Shown here: positions 19,492 through 29,437 of the stretch, piece after piece
Numbering within the stretch: the first letter of the stretch is position 1
Layout of the letters: every line of letters starts with the position of its first letter
Virus record (IMG/VR): IMGVR_UViG_3300020045_010314
Location: 1 to 54,836 of that record
Length of the DNA: 54,836 nucleotides
Source: a virus
Taxonomy: Duplodnaviria; Caudoviricetes
Strand: one strand, 5' to 3'
Program-made: the position numbers and the translations under genes
The notes under the pieces: generated by a model
Seen by the model: only the letters and a program-made list of their open reading frames with translations
Databases searched by the model: none
What the model was told of the DNA's origin: nothing

Positions 19492-20172
19492 ATGACAATT
19501 AACACCGAAATACTAAAATCATTATTATACGACTATTGGAAAGGTATCGTGATATTCACTATGGCGATACTGCTTTTCAAGTCCTGCGAGGGAAGCAAGG
19601 AATTGCAACTCGCAAATGGAAAGCTAAAATTAGAAGTCAAAGACCTTATAATCACCGCCGACAAGTACGTAGCCAAGAACAATGCCTTGAGCGATAAAAT
19701 CACATTGCTCGAAACTCAAAAGCAAAAGATAAAAACAGAAATCGTTTACATTCAAAATAAGACTAAATCCGACGTTAAAAAAGTCCCTGCATTATCTACT
19801 AAGCAAATAGCGAATTACTACCAAGAACGATACAAATTACCCGTTACGATTACACAATATGGAGTTTCGCTTCCTGACAGCATATCCAAAAAGAACATTG
19901 TGGAATTAATCCAAAAAGACGGTTGTTTCCAGGAAATAAAACTCGTTAGAACCGAACTTCAAATCGAGGAGCAAAAAGGTTTTCTGAAAGATACGATTAT
20001 AGGGAACATCACAAAAGCAAACATCGACCTGCATAAAGCGGTTTTTACGCAGGACAAAATCATCGATAATGCTGAAAAGTCCCTACGCAAAGAGAAAAAT
20101 AAAAAAACATTTTGGCAGGTTACTTCGGGAGCAATACTCGTAGGAGCCGGTTATCTTTTAATTACGCAGTAA
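19492..20172 (+). CDS. Spanin (possible unimolecular)
   Basis: Follows endolysin; hydrophobic signal ending LLFKSC, coiled coil, C-terminal TM. Confidence 0.6.
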   Translation: MTINTEILKSLLYDYWKGIVIFTMAILLFKSCEGSKELQLANGKLKLEVKDLIITADKYVAKNNALSDKITLLETQKQKIKTEIVYIQNKTKSDVKKVPALSTKQIANYYQERYKLPVTITQYGVSLPDSISKKNIVELIQKDGCFQEIKLVRTELQIEEQKGFLKDTIIGNITKANIDLHKAVFTQDKIIDNAEKSLRKEKNKKTFWQVTSGAILVGAGYLLITQ

Positions 20173-20202
20173 GCTCTAATTACAAATCAAATTAAATCAA
20201 AT

Positions 20203-21432
20203 ATGTCAAATTCACGAAAAGGTTCACAATGGAATTGTTATGATAATGAAATTAAGAAAATACTAGAGGAAAACGAAGGAATTGAAGCAATAGATGTAGT
20301 AAATAAAATTGGAATACAATTAGAGCGTATTGAAAGAGGTCAGTTTTCAAGATATGTAAGAAGGAATTCAAGCAGATTGTTAGACAGAAACGATGGAATT
20401 TATGATGCTTGCGAGGATATAAATGTAGATTTTACTTCAGCCAAAAACCTTTGGATTAAAACCAAAAATAAAGATGGTAGTGGCGTAAGTGGATTCATAG
20501 TAAATCCTAACTATGTGGCTCCGGTTGAAGAAGATAAAATTGTAAAAGAAATTGACTTTCTCAATATATTTAAGGACAAGATTCAGGCAATTTCCTTAAA
20601 GCCTATTGATAATTTTAAGCCTACAGCCTTATTTGACAGATTAGTGATTACTGATATTCATATTGGAATGGATGTAAATAAAGATGGTTATTCCCTATAC
20701 GATGGTGAATGGAATGAAGATATTTTGTTTAAAAGACTTGGGGAGTTAGTAAATCATACCATTAATAATAAAAAGTCAAATACGCTAATCATACAGGACC
20801 TTGGAGACTACCTTGATGGGTTTGACGGGTTTACCACTAGAGGCGGACACAAACTTCCACAGAACATGGACAATCAAGGGATGTTTGATATTGGATTAAA
20901 ATTTAAGATAGCATTGATAGATAACCTAATACCTTATTTTGACAAAATACAGTTTGTAAATATTTGCAATGATAATCACGCAGGAAGTTTTGGATATGTG
21001 GTGAATAGTGCATTTAAAGCCTATATAGAGCTAAAATACCCAAATAACATAGAAGTAATCAACCAAAGAAAATTCATTGACCATTACATCGTTAAAAACC
21101 GTTGTTTCATATTAACTCATGGAAAAGATGACAAGAGTTTAAAATTTGGGTTTAAGCCTATTTTAGATTCGCCACAAATTGAAAAAATAAAGAATTACAT
21201 TGATGAATACAAATTATATCAATACCAAGTAGAATTTAGCAAAGGAGATTCACATCAATTAATGTTTGATTTTACGAGTAGTACGGCGTTTGAATATCAA
21301 AATTTCGGAGCGTTCAGCCCTCCGTCAGATTGGGTTAAAACAAACTTTAAAAATACATTGAGTTGTTTTACTCATTTCAATTATTTTGAAAATCAAAAAG
21401 GAATAAATAATTACATTTTTAGTAAAATGTAA
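20203..21432 (+). CDS. Calcineurin-like metallophosphoesterase
   Basis: DIH, GDYLDG, NDNH, THG, GDSH motifs. Confidence 0.85.
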   Translation: MSNSRKGSQWNCYDNEIKKILEENEGIEAIDVVNKIGIQLERIERGQFSRYVRRNSSRLLDRNDGIYDACEDINVDFTSAKNLWIKTKNKDGSGVSGFIVNPNYVAPVEEDKIVKEIDFLNIFKDKIQAISLKPIDNFKPTALFDRLVITDIHIGMDVNKDGYSLYDGEWNEDILFKRLGELVNHTINNKKSNTLIIQDLGDYLDGFDGFTTRGGHKLPQNMDNQGMFDIGLKFKIALIDNLIPYFDKIQFVNICNDNHAGSFGYVVNSAFKAYIELKYPNNIEVINQRKFIDHYIVKNRCFILTHGKDDKSLKFGFKPILDSPQIEKIKNYIDEYKLYQYQVEFSKGDSHQLMFDFTSSTAFEYQNFGAFSPPSDWVKTNFKNTLSCFTHFNYFENQKGINNYIFSKM

Positions 21433-21451
21433 AACGACAACAAATGTTTGT
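21432..21451 (+). promoter_or_regulatory. Late motif copy 3 (no -7 element)
   Basis: AAACGACAACAAATGTTTGT with no TAnnTTTG at the expected spacing. Confidence 0.7.
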
Positions 21452-21475
21452 AGTTACAGCATAAAAAAAATTATA

Positions 21476-21661
21476 ATGGAAAACTTCACACTTTATTACA
21501 CGTTTAATGGAAAAAATCTAAAGTCAACTGTGATGGCTACGGATAGATTACACGCTATGAACTTGATAAGAAATAAAATTGAGTTTTTGCCGGAACCCAA
21601 GAAAAAAGACAGTTTTGATATTTTAGATTATTTCGATAAAAACATTTTTAAAGACAAATGA
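21476..21661 (+). CDS. Hypothetical protein
   Basis: 61-aa ORF. Confidence 0.7.
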   Translation: MENFTLYYTFNGKNLKSTVMATDRLHAMNLIRNKIEFLPEPKKKDSFDILDYFDKNIFKDK

Positions 21662-21662
21662 G

Positions 21663-21905
21663 ATGGCAAAAGCTATAATTGAATTTGACTTAAGCGACGA
21701 AAAAGATTTGCGGGATTACAACTTATTCAATAACGCAGAAGGAATGTTTGACGCTTTATTAAATATTTCCTGTAACCTAAAAAAAGAAATGGTTTGGAAG
21801 ATTGAAGATAAAGATTATACAGACGGCGTAATCTTGGATTTGGTTTTTGAGAGAATCGCCGAAATACTGGAAAAAAACAACGTAATAATAGAAAAACTAA
21901 ACTAA
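21663..21905 (+). CDS. Hypothetical conserved phage protein
   Basis: MAKAIIEFDL start, 80 aa. Confidence 0.75.
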   Translation: MAKAIIEFDLSDEKDLRDYNLFNNAEGMFDALLNISCNLKKEMVWKIEDKDYTDGVILDLVFERIAEILEKNNVIIEKLN

Positions 21906-21911
21906 AAAGTA

Positions 21912-23015
21912 ATGACAAAAATAAGCAATCAGGATGTTTACATTGTAGACACGGATGTTTCAGATTTAGACTCCATCATTGGAACTGACGGAAACACGAC
22001 GGCGAAGACTACCAAGAATTTCTTGCTTGGAAAATTAAGGGCATATTTCAAAAGTGGGCTTTCGCCTCTGACCGGAGGAACATTACGGTTTACTGAAATA
22101 AGTTATACAGGAGGGCTTTATTCTACCGTAGAGGGATTGGTAAATGCTCTTGATCCGTTTTTCGTTATTGACCAATACCACGTAGTAGTCGTTAGTTTAA
22201 ACGGGGCAAAATACATATTAAAACTACAAGATGTAGAAGTAGGATTAGATAAAACTCCGGTAATTGCAGGGGATTTTATTAGTTTACCTACGTCGGCTGG
22301 GGCTACCGGAGAAGCTGGTCCGCAAGGTACTCAAGGAATTCAAGGAGTTCAGGGTCCTGCCGGAACAAACGGTACGAATGGAATAAATGGAATTGACGCT
22401 ACAATAGTGGCTAAAACTACTTCTAGTGTTGAAGCTTCTGGAACGCCAACAGTATTACCTTCTGATTTTAATCACGTTTCATTTACAAATGGAGTTACTT
22501 ATTTACCTGCTACATCAGAAATAGGTAAAGAGATAGTTGTTTTTACGTATAGTGACTCAATAGTAGTTCGTGCTAATTCAGCAAATACCGCTTTTATGAC
22601 TATTGCATCTGTAAGTACATTTGTGAGCAGCATTACTATACCTATTAATTATTCTTATAGATTTATTTATCTTGGGAGTGGATATTGGAAAGCCGAACTT
22701 ATAGATGGATATATAAGGAACTTACAAAAAGATGCAAGTGTAAGTTTTACAGTATCAGACTTAGACAATAACTACGTGATTCAATTGAAAAACACAACTG
22801 ATATTACCGTGACTATTCCAGATACGTTAGCGACTGCAAAATTTTGTTGTGGATTCATTCGTAAAGGAGTGGGAGAAGTTTCATTCGTTGGAAGCGGAAC
22901 GATGGTTTTGAACAATCCTATCGGATATAGAATAAATGCTCAATATGACCCTGTTTCTATCGAAAGAGACAATGCTGCTCAAATATGCACACTTCTAGGA
23001 AACACTAAAGTATAA
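21912..23015 (+). CDS. Collagen-repeat tail fibre
   Basis: Gly-X-Y run GATGEAGPQGTQGIQGVQGPAGTNGTNGING; N-terminus paralogous to 15418. Confidence 0.8.
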   Translation: MTKISNQDVYIVDTDVSDLDSIIGTDGNTTAKTTKNFLLGKLRAYFKSGLSPLTGGTLRFTEISYTGGLYSTVEGLVNALDPFFVIDQYHVVVVSLNGAKYILKLQDVEVGLDKTPVIAGDFISLPTSAGATGEAGPQGTQGIQGVQGPAGTNGTNGINGIDATIVAKTTSSVEASGTPTVLPSDFNHVSFTNGVTYLPATSEIGKEIVVFTYSDSIVVRANSANTAFMTIASVSTFVSSITIPINYSYRFIYLGSGYWKAELIDGYIRNLQKDASVSFTVSDLDNNYVIQLKNTTDITVTIPDTLATAKFCCGFIRKGVGEVSFVGSGTMVLNNPIGYRINAQYDPVSIERDNAAQICTLLGNTKV

Positions 23016-23018
23016 GCT

Positions 23019-23429
23019 ATGCATCCATTCAAGAAAATGATTTTTATGTTGAGGCGAGACACTTTAACACCACCGCCCGAAACTGAACTAACAATTACGG
23101 CATCATCTCCTATTTTAGAGGGATCTCTAGCAGGAACAGGAACGTTAGATTTTCTACACGGAGAGCCGTTTGAGGTACTTGATTTGAGTTTTGTGGTTAC
23201 TGCCGCCGTAGACTTTGATTCATTAGAGTTTTCAGAGCCAATAAGCGTTCCTATGGTAGACTCAACACATTTAATCCGAACAGGTTATGTTACGCTAGAT
23301 GCAAGCGGAAGCGCTTCTTCAGGGTACGCATATATGCCTTCGAGTCCGGTAGATTCAATATGCACAGCAACCATAACTGGAAGAAGTAGTGCTGTTGCCG
23401 TACCTACTATAAATTCAGTAAATTTTTAA
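23019..23429 (+). CDS. Putative fibre tip/accessory beta protein
   Basis: 136 aa, S/T-rich beta pattern, follows the fibre gene. Confidence 0.5.
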   Translation: MHPFKKMIFMLRRDTLTPPPETELTITASSPILEGSLAGTGTLDFLHGEPFEVLDLSFVVTAAVDFDSLEFSEPISVPMVDSTHLIRTGYVTLDASGSASSGYAYMPSSPVDSICTATITGRSSAVAVPTINSVNF

Positions 23430-23440
23430 ATAAATAGATT

Positions 23441-23704
23441 ATGAACACGAAAAGAATAAGGCTATTATCCGTAGAAACTCCAGTAGCTTCAGAAAGTATA
23501 GATACAAAATGGATTTCGATGGTTTATGCCGTAGGCAATGTAAAAGACCTTCCTATTAATGGAATTAGGGTAAAACGAACAATTAGTAATATTGTGTTAA
23601 TTCCTGATTTTTATAGAATATATATCTCGAATGATAATACTACGCAGGAGTGGATGGATATTTCTATAAGAAGTAAAGTACGAATTGAATATTTTATAGA
23701 CTAA
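23441..23704 (+). CDS. Conserved hypothetical protein upstream of co-chaperonin
   Basis: 87 aa; MVYAVG motif. Confidence 0.7.
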   Translation: MNTKRIRLLSVETPVASESIDTKWISMVYAVGNVKDLPINGIRVKRTISNIVLIPDFYRIYISNDNTTQEWMDISIRSKVRIEYFID

Positions 23705-24270
23705 TGCAAAGCACCGATAAATTTATTGTAACTCCAAAGGGCGGAAATCATTTCGTAAACGAACGAAAAGTTGGCGGGCAAATGATGGTAGTAAATACTT
23801 CCATAGAAAATGCCAAGGACGTAAATCGTGAAGGGATTATAGTTTCACTGCCATTGGAGTATTCTGGAAATATAAAGGTCGGAGATGAAGTTGTTTTGCA
23901 TCACAATATATTCCGTGATTATTTCGATATGAAAATGGTTACTCGGAAATCTACCTACCACATCAAAGACAATTTATTTTTGGTTCCAGATGGGCTAATT
24001 TACCTAATCAAAAAAGAAAACGGATATGTAGCAGTAGATGACTATTGTTTCATTGAGCCGATATTCGAGATAGATAGATGGATAGGAAAGCAGGAAAAAG
24101 AGCATATTGGAACGGTAAAATACGGAAATAATCTACTTGAAGAAATCGGAATACACGAAGGAGATACAATTGCTTTTGAAAAAGATGGAGAATATGAATT
24201 CATAATCGACGATTTGAGATTGTATCGAATGAGAGCAGAAATGATTTTGGCGCTTATACCTGCTTATTAG
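23704..24270 (+). CDS. Tandem double-domain GroES-like co-chaperonin
   Basis: Two Cpn10-like units: EGIIVSLP..IKVGDEVVLHHN and IGTVKYG..IHEGDTIAF..YEFIIDDLRLYRM. Confidence 0.75.
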   Translation: MQSTDKFIVTPKGGNHFVNERKVGGQMMVVNTSIENAKDVNREGIIVSLPLEYSGNIKVGDEVVLHHNIFRDYFDMKMVTRKSTYHIKDNLFLVPDGLIYLIKKENGYVAVDDYCFIEPIFEIDRWIGKQEKEHIGTVKYGNNLLEEIGIHEGDTIAFEKDGEYEFIIDDLRLYRMRAEMILALIPAY

Positions 24271-24280
24271 TGTGATTTTT

Positions 24281-24322
24281 AAACGACAACAAATGTTTGT
24301 AAACATATAAAATTTACCTTTG
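24281..24322 (+). promoter_or_regulatory. Late promoter motif copy 4 (terminase, likely leaderless)
   Basis: AAACGACAACAAATGTTTG-N15-TACCTTTG, then 4 nt, then ATG. Confidence 0.85.
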
Positions 24323-24326
24323 TTTT

Positions 24327-26984
24327 ATGATTGGATTAAGTGACGATTTAGATTTAGCGATAAAAAATGCGATTGACGTATTGAACGCTCCAATTGACAT
24401 TACGGATGTTGATTCGGAGAAACTTGCTAATTTAATGAAATCTATTACAGATGGGTTTATTTACACTAAGGAATTAATAGTTTCTTGGGAAAACTCCCAA
24501 AACGCACCAAGTCATTCCAAGTTAAAAGGACATATAGAGAAACTTGTTGTAGCGGGAGAAAATTCTATTGAAATACTACGTAAAGCATTAAGAAAATCTA
24601 TTGAAATATCAGAAGTAGATGCTGAAAAATATGGAGTCTCAATTAAAGCAAAGCCAATTATTTTTAAAGCAATTAACGATATTAATGCAGGTATTTTAGA
24701 ATTAAAACTCCAAATAGAGGCTGACAAGTTTGACCTTAAGGCAAGGGAATTTCGTCGTGGTTATCCTGAAAAGTTTGCCAACCAAGAATTCTATCCCTTA
24801 AAAAACTACCACAAGGAATGGTATGATGAAGCAAGCGATAGTATTTTACTTTGTCCAAACGGCACAAAGGGAGAAATGATTACGCTTGACGGATTGAATA
24901 TTACCCTTCCTAAAAAACCAAAACAGACCGACATTCTTTTTCACAGAAAACAAAAAGACGAACAGTTTTGGAAAAGAGTAGAGACACCAAAGGGACTTAC
25001 CCCTGACAATGAAGAAGTCTATGCTTCATTCATATTAGAGGAATTTAAACGTAGACGCGAGGGATTATGGTTTATGAATAATGGAGAGGCAGTGTATCTT
25101 ACTCCTGCTCATTATATGGCGCTACAATGGATTAAAATGCTTGATACCGGAAGTTATATGGATTTCCGTTACGCGCAAAGAGATATGTTTTATTTCACCA
25201 AGGCTTGTTTTTTAGATAGGCGTTGTTTAGGAGAATTATTCGTTAAATCAAGACGTACTGGGTTTACCTATCAAATTATTTGCGAACATATTAATGACGG
25301 AACGTGTACTAGTAATGCTAAGTTGGGGATTGTTTCTAAGACAGGAGATGATGCCGAGGAAGCGTTCTTGAAATTATCCTATGGTATTCAAAATTTACCA
25401 TTCTTTTTTATTCCTGTTGTGAAAGGTAAAATAGATAGTAAAACTCAATTAGAATTTGGGAAGCCTTCAGACCAAAGCAAGCTTGCCAAACAGAAAAAAG
25501 ACAATAGTACCGATGATTATCTAAATACTATACTTGACTGGAAAACAACTACTGAAGGTGCTTATGACGGACAAAGAATGTACCGATTATTGGTAGATGA
25601 AGCAAGTAAACCTTTAAAGCCATTTAATCTAATTACCTATTTAGGACGTGTTTCTCCTACTATGAATAACGGCGGTAGAATCGTTGGAAAAATGCTAATC
25701 GGATCCACGGTTAATCCAAAATCGAAAGGTGGAGAGGAATTCGAAAAAGTTTATTTAGGGTCATTAGTAAAGAAAAGAAATATTCATACTCAAATGACAC
25801 CTACAGGATTATACGCTTATTTCCTTCCTGCACATAGAAATATGGAGGAGTTTACAGATAAGTTTGGAGTATGTCATACCGTAGTTGAAGAAGGTAAATT
25901 CTTTTACAATGTGCAAGGAATAAAGAAAACAAGTGGCTCTATTCATTACTTGGAAGCGGTTAGAAAATCTAAAAAAGCACAATCAGACATTCTTTATAAT
26001 GAAGAACTTAGGGCAAACCCTATGACAATTGATGAAGCGTTCCGTGATGAGCTTATATCCTCATTACTTAATCCAGACCGTATTAATGAGCAATTAACAC
26101 ATAACAACGATGTGGAAATTGAGAAAACATTAACAAGAGGGAATTTTTCTTGGAAAGACGGCATAGAGCACACAGAAGTAATATGGACACCAATGGAAAG
26201 AGGACGTATTCTAACCGGATGGCTTCCTCCAAAAGAAATGCAGAATAAGTGGGAAATGCGTAGGAATCTATTTGGAGGATTTAGTAAGCATCCTTTAAAT
26301 GAGGAATTAGGCGCTTTTGGATGTGATAACTATGACCAAGATTCTGTTCAAGGAAGTTTTCTTGAAGAAACAGAAAACGGATCAGAATATAAAGGAGGTT
26401 CAAGAGGTGCGTTTCACGGATTAACAGGGTTTAATTTAGACAATGTGCCAAACAACTATTTCTTTTTGGAATATATCACACGCCCACAAACGTCAGAGAT
26501 ATTCTATAATGATGTTTTAATGGCTTGTGTATTTTACGGAATGCCAATTCTTATAGAAAATAACAAGATGGGATTACTACAACACTTCTATAACAAAGGT
26601 TATAGAGGGTATAGTATAAGTAGGGTTGACAAAACTATGAATATGCTTTCGCAAACCGAGAAAAAATATGGAGGTATGCCAAGTTCCGGAGATGATGTAA
26701 TTACAAAGCATTGGACGGCAATAGAAGGATATATTGATAAATATGTTGGGATTTATTCCAAAGGAGATAATCAAACTGCCATACGAGAAGAAGGAGAACC
26801 AGGAAGCATGCCTTTTAATAGAACGCTTAAAGATTGGTTGAAATTCAACGTAACCAAAAGGACAGATTTTGATGCTTCTATATCATCAGGACTTGCGATT
26901 ATGGCAGTGAACAGAAAGCTATATCTACCGAAAGAGCAAGAAAAAAAACCATTCGTTTTAAACTTACACCGATATAAAAATTAG
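24327..26984 (+). CDS. terL: Terminase large subunit with N-terminal helical extension
   Basis: Walker A KSRRTGFT, Walker B LLVDEASK, GST coupling motif, nuclease GCD...ENNK...DASISSGLA. Confidence 0.92.
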   Translation: MIGLSDDLDLAIKNAIDVLNAPIDITDVDSEKLANLMKSITDGFIYTKELIVSWENSQNAPSHSKLKGHIEKLVVAGENSIEILRKALRKSIEISEVDAEKYGVSIKAKPIIFKAINDINAGILELKLQIEADKFDLKAREFRRGYPEKFANQEFYPLKNYHKEWYDEASDSILLCPNGTKGEMITLDGLNITLPKKPKQTDILFHRKQKDEQFWKRVETPKGLTPDNEEVYASFILEEFKRRREGLWFMNNGEAVYLTPAHYMALQWIKMLDTGSYMDFRYAQRDMFYFTKACFLDRRCLGELFVKSRRTGFTYQIICEHINDGTCTSNAKLGIVSKTGDDAEEAFLKLSYGIQNLPFFFIPVVKGKIDSKTQLEFGKPSDQSKLAKQKKDNSTDDYLNTILDWKTTTEGAYDGQRMYRLLVDEASKPLKPFNLITYLGRVSPTMNNGGRIVGKMLIGSTVNPKSKGGEEFEKVYLGSLVKKRNIHTQMTPTGLYAYFLPAHRNMEEFTDKFGVCHTVVEEGKFFYNVQGIKKTSGSIHYLEAVRKSKKAQSDILYNEELRANPMTIDEAFRDELISSLLNPDRINEQLTHNNDVEIEKTLTRGNFSWKDGIEHTEVIWTPMERGRILTGWLPPKEMQNKWEMRRNLFGGFSKHPLNEELGAFGCDNYDQDSVQGSFLEETENGSEYKGGSRGAFHGLTGFNLDNVPNNYFFLEYITRPQTSEIFYNDVLMACVFYGMPILIENNKMGLLQHFYNKGYRGYSISRVDKTMNMLSQTEKKYGGMPSSGDDVITKHWTAIEGYIDKYVGIYSKGDNQTAIREEGEPGSMPFNRTLKDWLKFNVTKRTDFDASISSGLAIMAVNRKLYLPKEQEKKPFVLNLHRYKN

Positions 26985-26987
26985 AAA

Positions 26988-29417
26988 ATGATAACAGAAA
27001 ACCAATACCAAATTTCGGCTAATTTAAAGTTCCCAAGTGTTCTTGATTCTTTTGAAGAAAAGAAGTTGAAGACGTTTGGTGCTACTCTTGGTTCTGCCAT
27101 TAGTACTGAATGGTTTCATCGTTCGGGCAATGCGGGAAAAAGTAGATTTTATACTACGCAATCCGAGTTTCTTGAAAGGAGACAGTATGCTTCCGGAGAA
27201 GTGGACATGAAAAAATACTATCCAAAATTGGGAACCAATGGTGATGTTTCATTATTGAACTTAAGCGCGAAGTCCATTACCCCTATCCCAAAGATTGTGG
27301 ACTTGGTGGTAAATGGAATGTGCGACAGGGGTTATTCCATTGAAGCAAGCGCCATTGACCCTATATCGAACCAAAACAAACAGAATTACAGGAAGCGTAT
27401 TCAGGATGACATGAATTCTATTCCAATTATCCAAAAAGCAAAGGAGACTTTCGGGATGGATATTGCAAGTATGCCGGTGGAGCAATTACCGCAAACTGAC
27501 GACGAATTGAATTTGCACGTTCAAATGAATTGGAAGCCATCTTGTGAGTTGTCGGCACAAATAGCTATCAAACATATCTTTGAAGAAAATATGTTTGACT
27601 TAACCATCGATAGGCAGATTAAACGAGATTTAGTCGTGGACGGCGCCGCTTGTATCGAAAACCGTTTTCATCTTGCCAAGGGAGTTAAACTTGAAAGAAT
27701 AGACTTCAAGGATATGGTTTATTCCCAAACCAAAGACCCCTACTTTAGAGATTGTTTTTACAAAGGATGCGTAAAAAGAGTTTTGATTAGTGATGTTTTA
27801 TTAGAATTTCCTGATTTGCGAAATGACGAAAACAGAAATATCGCCGAACAATTAATGGGACAATCCGCTTGGTGGAATGAATACCAAGGATTAGGTTCTG
27901 AATTAAAAGGCCACGCGTACTTACTTTACTTTACCTATAAAACTACTAGGGAAGAGTATAATAAAATCAAAGAGAAGTCTAATGGCGAGAAAATAATCTC
28001 AAAAGCCGACGCTAACTTCGACGAAAGTAAACTAAAAAAAGGACAGAAAAACGACTTCAAACGTATTTCTAAAGTAGAAGAAGTTTTATTCGAAGGCGTA
28101 ATGCTTTTAGGGACTAATATTTTGTTAAAATGGGAAGTTGCTAAAAACATGGCACGTCCTAAATCAAATACCCAAAAAGTATGTGAGCAATACTCTATGA
28201 TAGCTCCAAACTTTAATGAAGGTAAAATTACAAGTTTAGTTACTCGTATGATGCCTATCGTAGATAACTTGAATGTTATTGAACTAAAAGCCGAGCAAAT
28301 AATTCAAGGAATTACTCCTGACGGTATCGCTATTGATTTGGATGCGATTGCTCAATTAGAATTTGCCGATGGTAGTAAGTCAGACCATAACACGCAATTG
28401 AATATGTATCTACAAAAAGGTTCGTTCTTTTATAGAAGTTCGACTCTTGGTGGGGAATACAACAACGCCCAACAGCCGTTCAAAGAAATTAGAACAGGTG
28501 ATAGCATCAATAAACTAACTGCGTTACGTAACGAAAGCCTAAACTACCTAACCCAACTTACCGACATCATAGGATTAAACAAAGCGAGTGACGCGTCAAC
28601 TCCTGATAAAGATAGTTTGGTAGGTATTCAGAAATTAGCGGCTTTAAACTCTAATTTAGCCACACGTCATATCTTGAAAGGCGCAAATTATATTACTTTG
28701 AGAACAGCCGAGCCGGTATTATATCGTGTACAGGACATATTGAAATACTACCCAAGTTTACGTGAAGATTTGATTAGAAAAATTGGCGCTACAACCGTAG
28801 AAGATATTACTTATTTGGGAGATTTATATTTGAGTGATTTTGCGTTGAATTTATACTTAGAAAATGATGACGAAGAAAATGCTCAATTAGACGTGGATTT
28901 ATCGGATGCTTTTAAAGCTAATTTAATTACGTTGGCCGATAAATATAAGGTAAAAAACATTAAAATATTCAAACAAGCCATTGCTTATTTGGCGGTTGTA
29001 ATCGAGAAAGCCTCTAAAAAACAACAAGAAATCGATGCTAATAAATTCAAACAACAAGCCGACGAGAATATTAGAGCCGCGCAAGAGTCTGAAAAAGCAA
29101 AACAAGCTACAATACAGATGCAAATTGAAGCGGACAGATTAAAAACAGAGGCTTTAAAATTAGCAGAAGTTGAAGTTAAGAAAGAGGTTGGAAATCAAGA
29201 TAGGTTGACTCTAAAAGATAAAATTGTAGGTGATTATGATTTACAATTATTAGTGAATTCAGGAGCCACACAAAAACTTGAAAAGATGCAAGCTGATAAA
29301 CAATCTAATCTTGCTACGGCGGCCACACACAAAAGCAGAATAGACGACCAAAAAGCAAAGGAAAAAGACCCAATCGATTTTGAGGGTGAAAAGTCAGAAA
29401 TGGAAATATTTAATTAA
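26988..29417 (+). CDS. Portal protein
   Basis: 809 aa directly after terL; PIPKIVDLVVNGM; helical C-terminal barrel. Confidence 0.85.
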   Translation: MITENQYQISANLKFPSVLDSFEEKKLKTFGATLGSAISTEWFHRSGNAGKSRFYTTQSEFLERRQYASGEVDMKKYYPKLGTNGDVSLLNLSAKSITPIPKIVDLVVNGMCDRGYSIEASAIDPISNQNKQNYRKRIQDDMNSIPIIQKAKETFGMDIASMPVEQLPQTDDELNLHVQMNWKPSCELSAQIAIKHIFEENMFDLTIDRQIKRDLVVDGAACIENRFHLAKGVKLERIDFKDMVYSQTKDPYFRDCFYKGCVKRVLISDVLLEFPDLRNDENRNIAEQLMGQSAWWNEYQGLGSELKGHAYLLYFTYKTTREEYNKIKEKSNGEKIISKADANFDESKLKKGQKNDFKRISKVEEVLFEGVMLLGTNILLKWEVAKNMARPKSNTQKVCEQYSMIAPNFNEGKITSLVTRMMPIVDNLNVIELKAEQIIQGITPDGIAIDLDAIAQLEFADGSKSDHNTQLNMYLQKGSFFYRSSTLGGEYNNAQQPFKEIRTGDSINKLTALRNESLNYLTQLTDIIGLNKASDASTPDKDSLVGIQKLAALNSNLATRHILKGANYITLRTAEPVLYRVQDILKYYPSLREDLIRKIGATTVEDITYLGDLYLSDFALNLYLENDDEENAQLDVDLSDAFKANLITLADKYKVKNIKIFKQAIAYLAVVIEKASKKQQEIDANKFKQQADENIRAAQESEKAKQATIQMQIEADRLKTEALKLAEVEVKKEVGNQDRLTLKDKIVGDYDLQLLVNSGATQKLEKMQADKQSNLATAATHKSRIDDQKAKEKDPIDFEGEKSEMEIFN

Positions 29418-29437
29418 ACCAATAAAAACGAGAAAAA

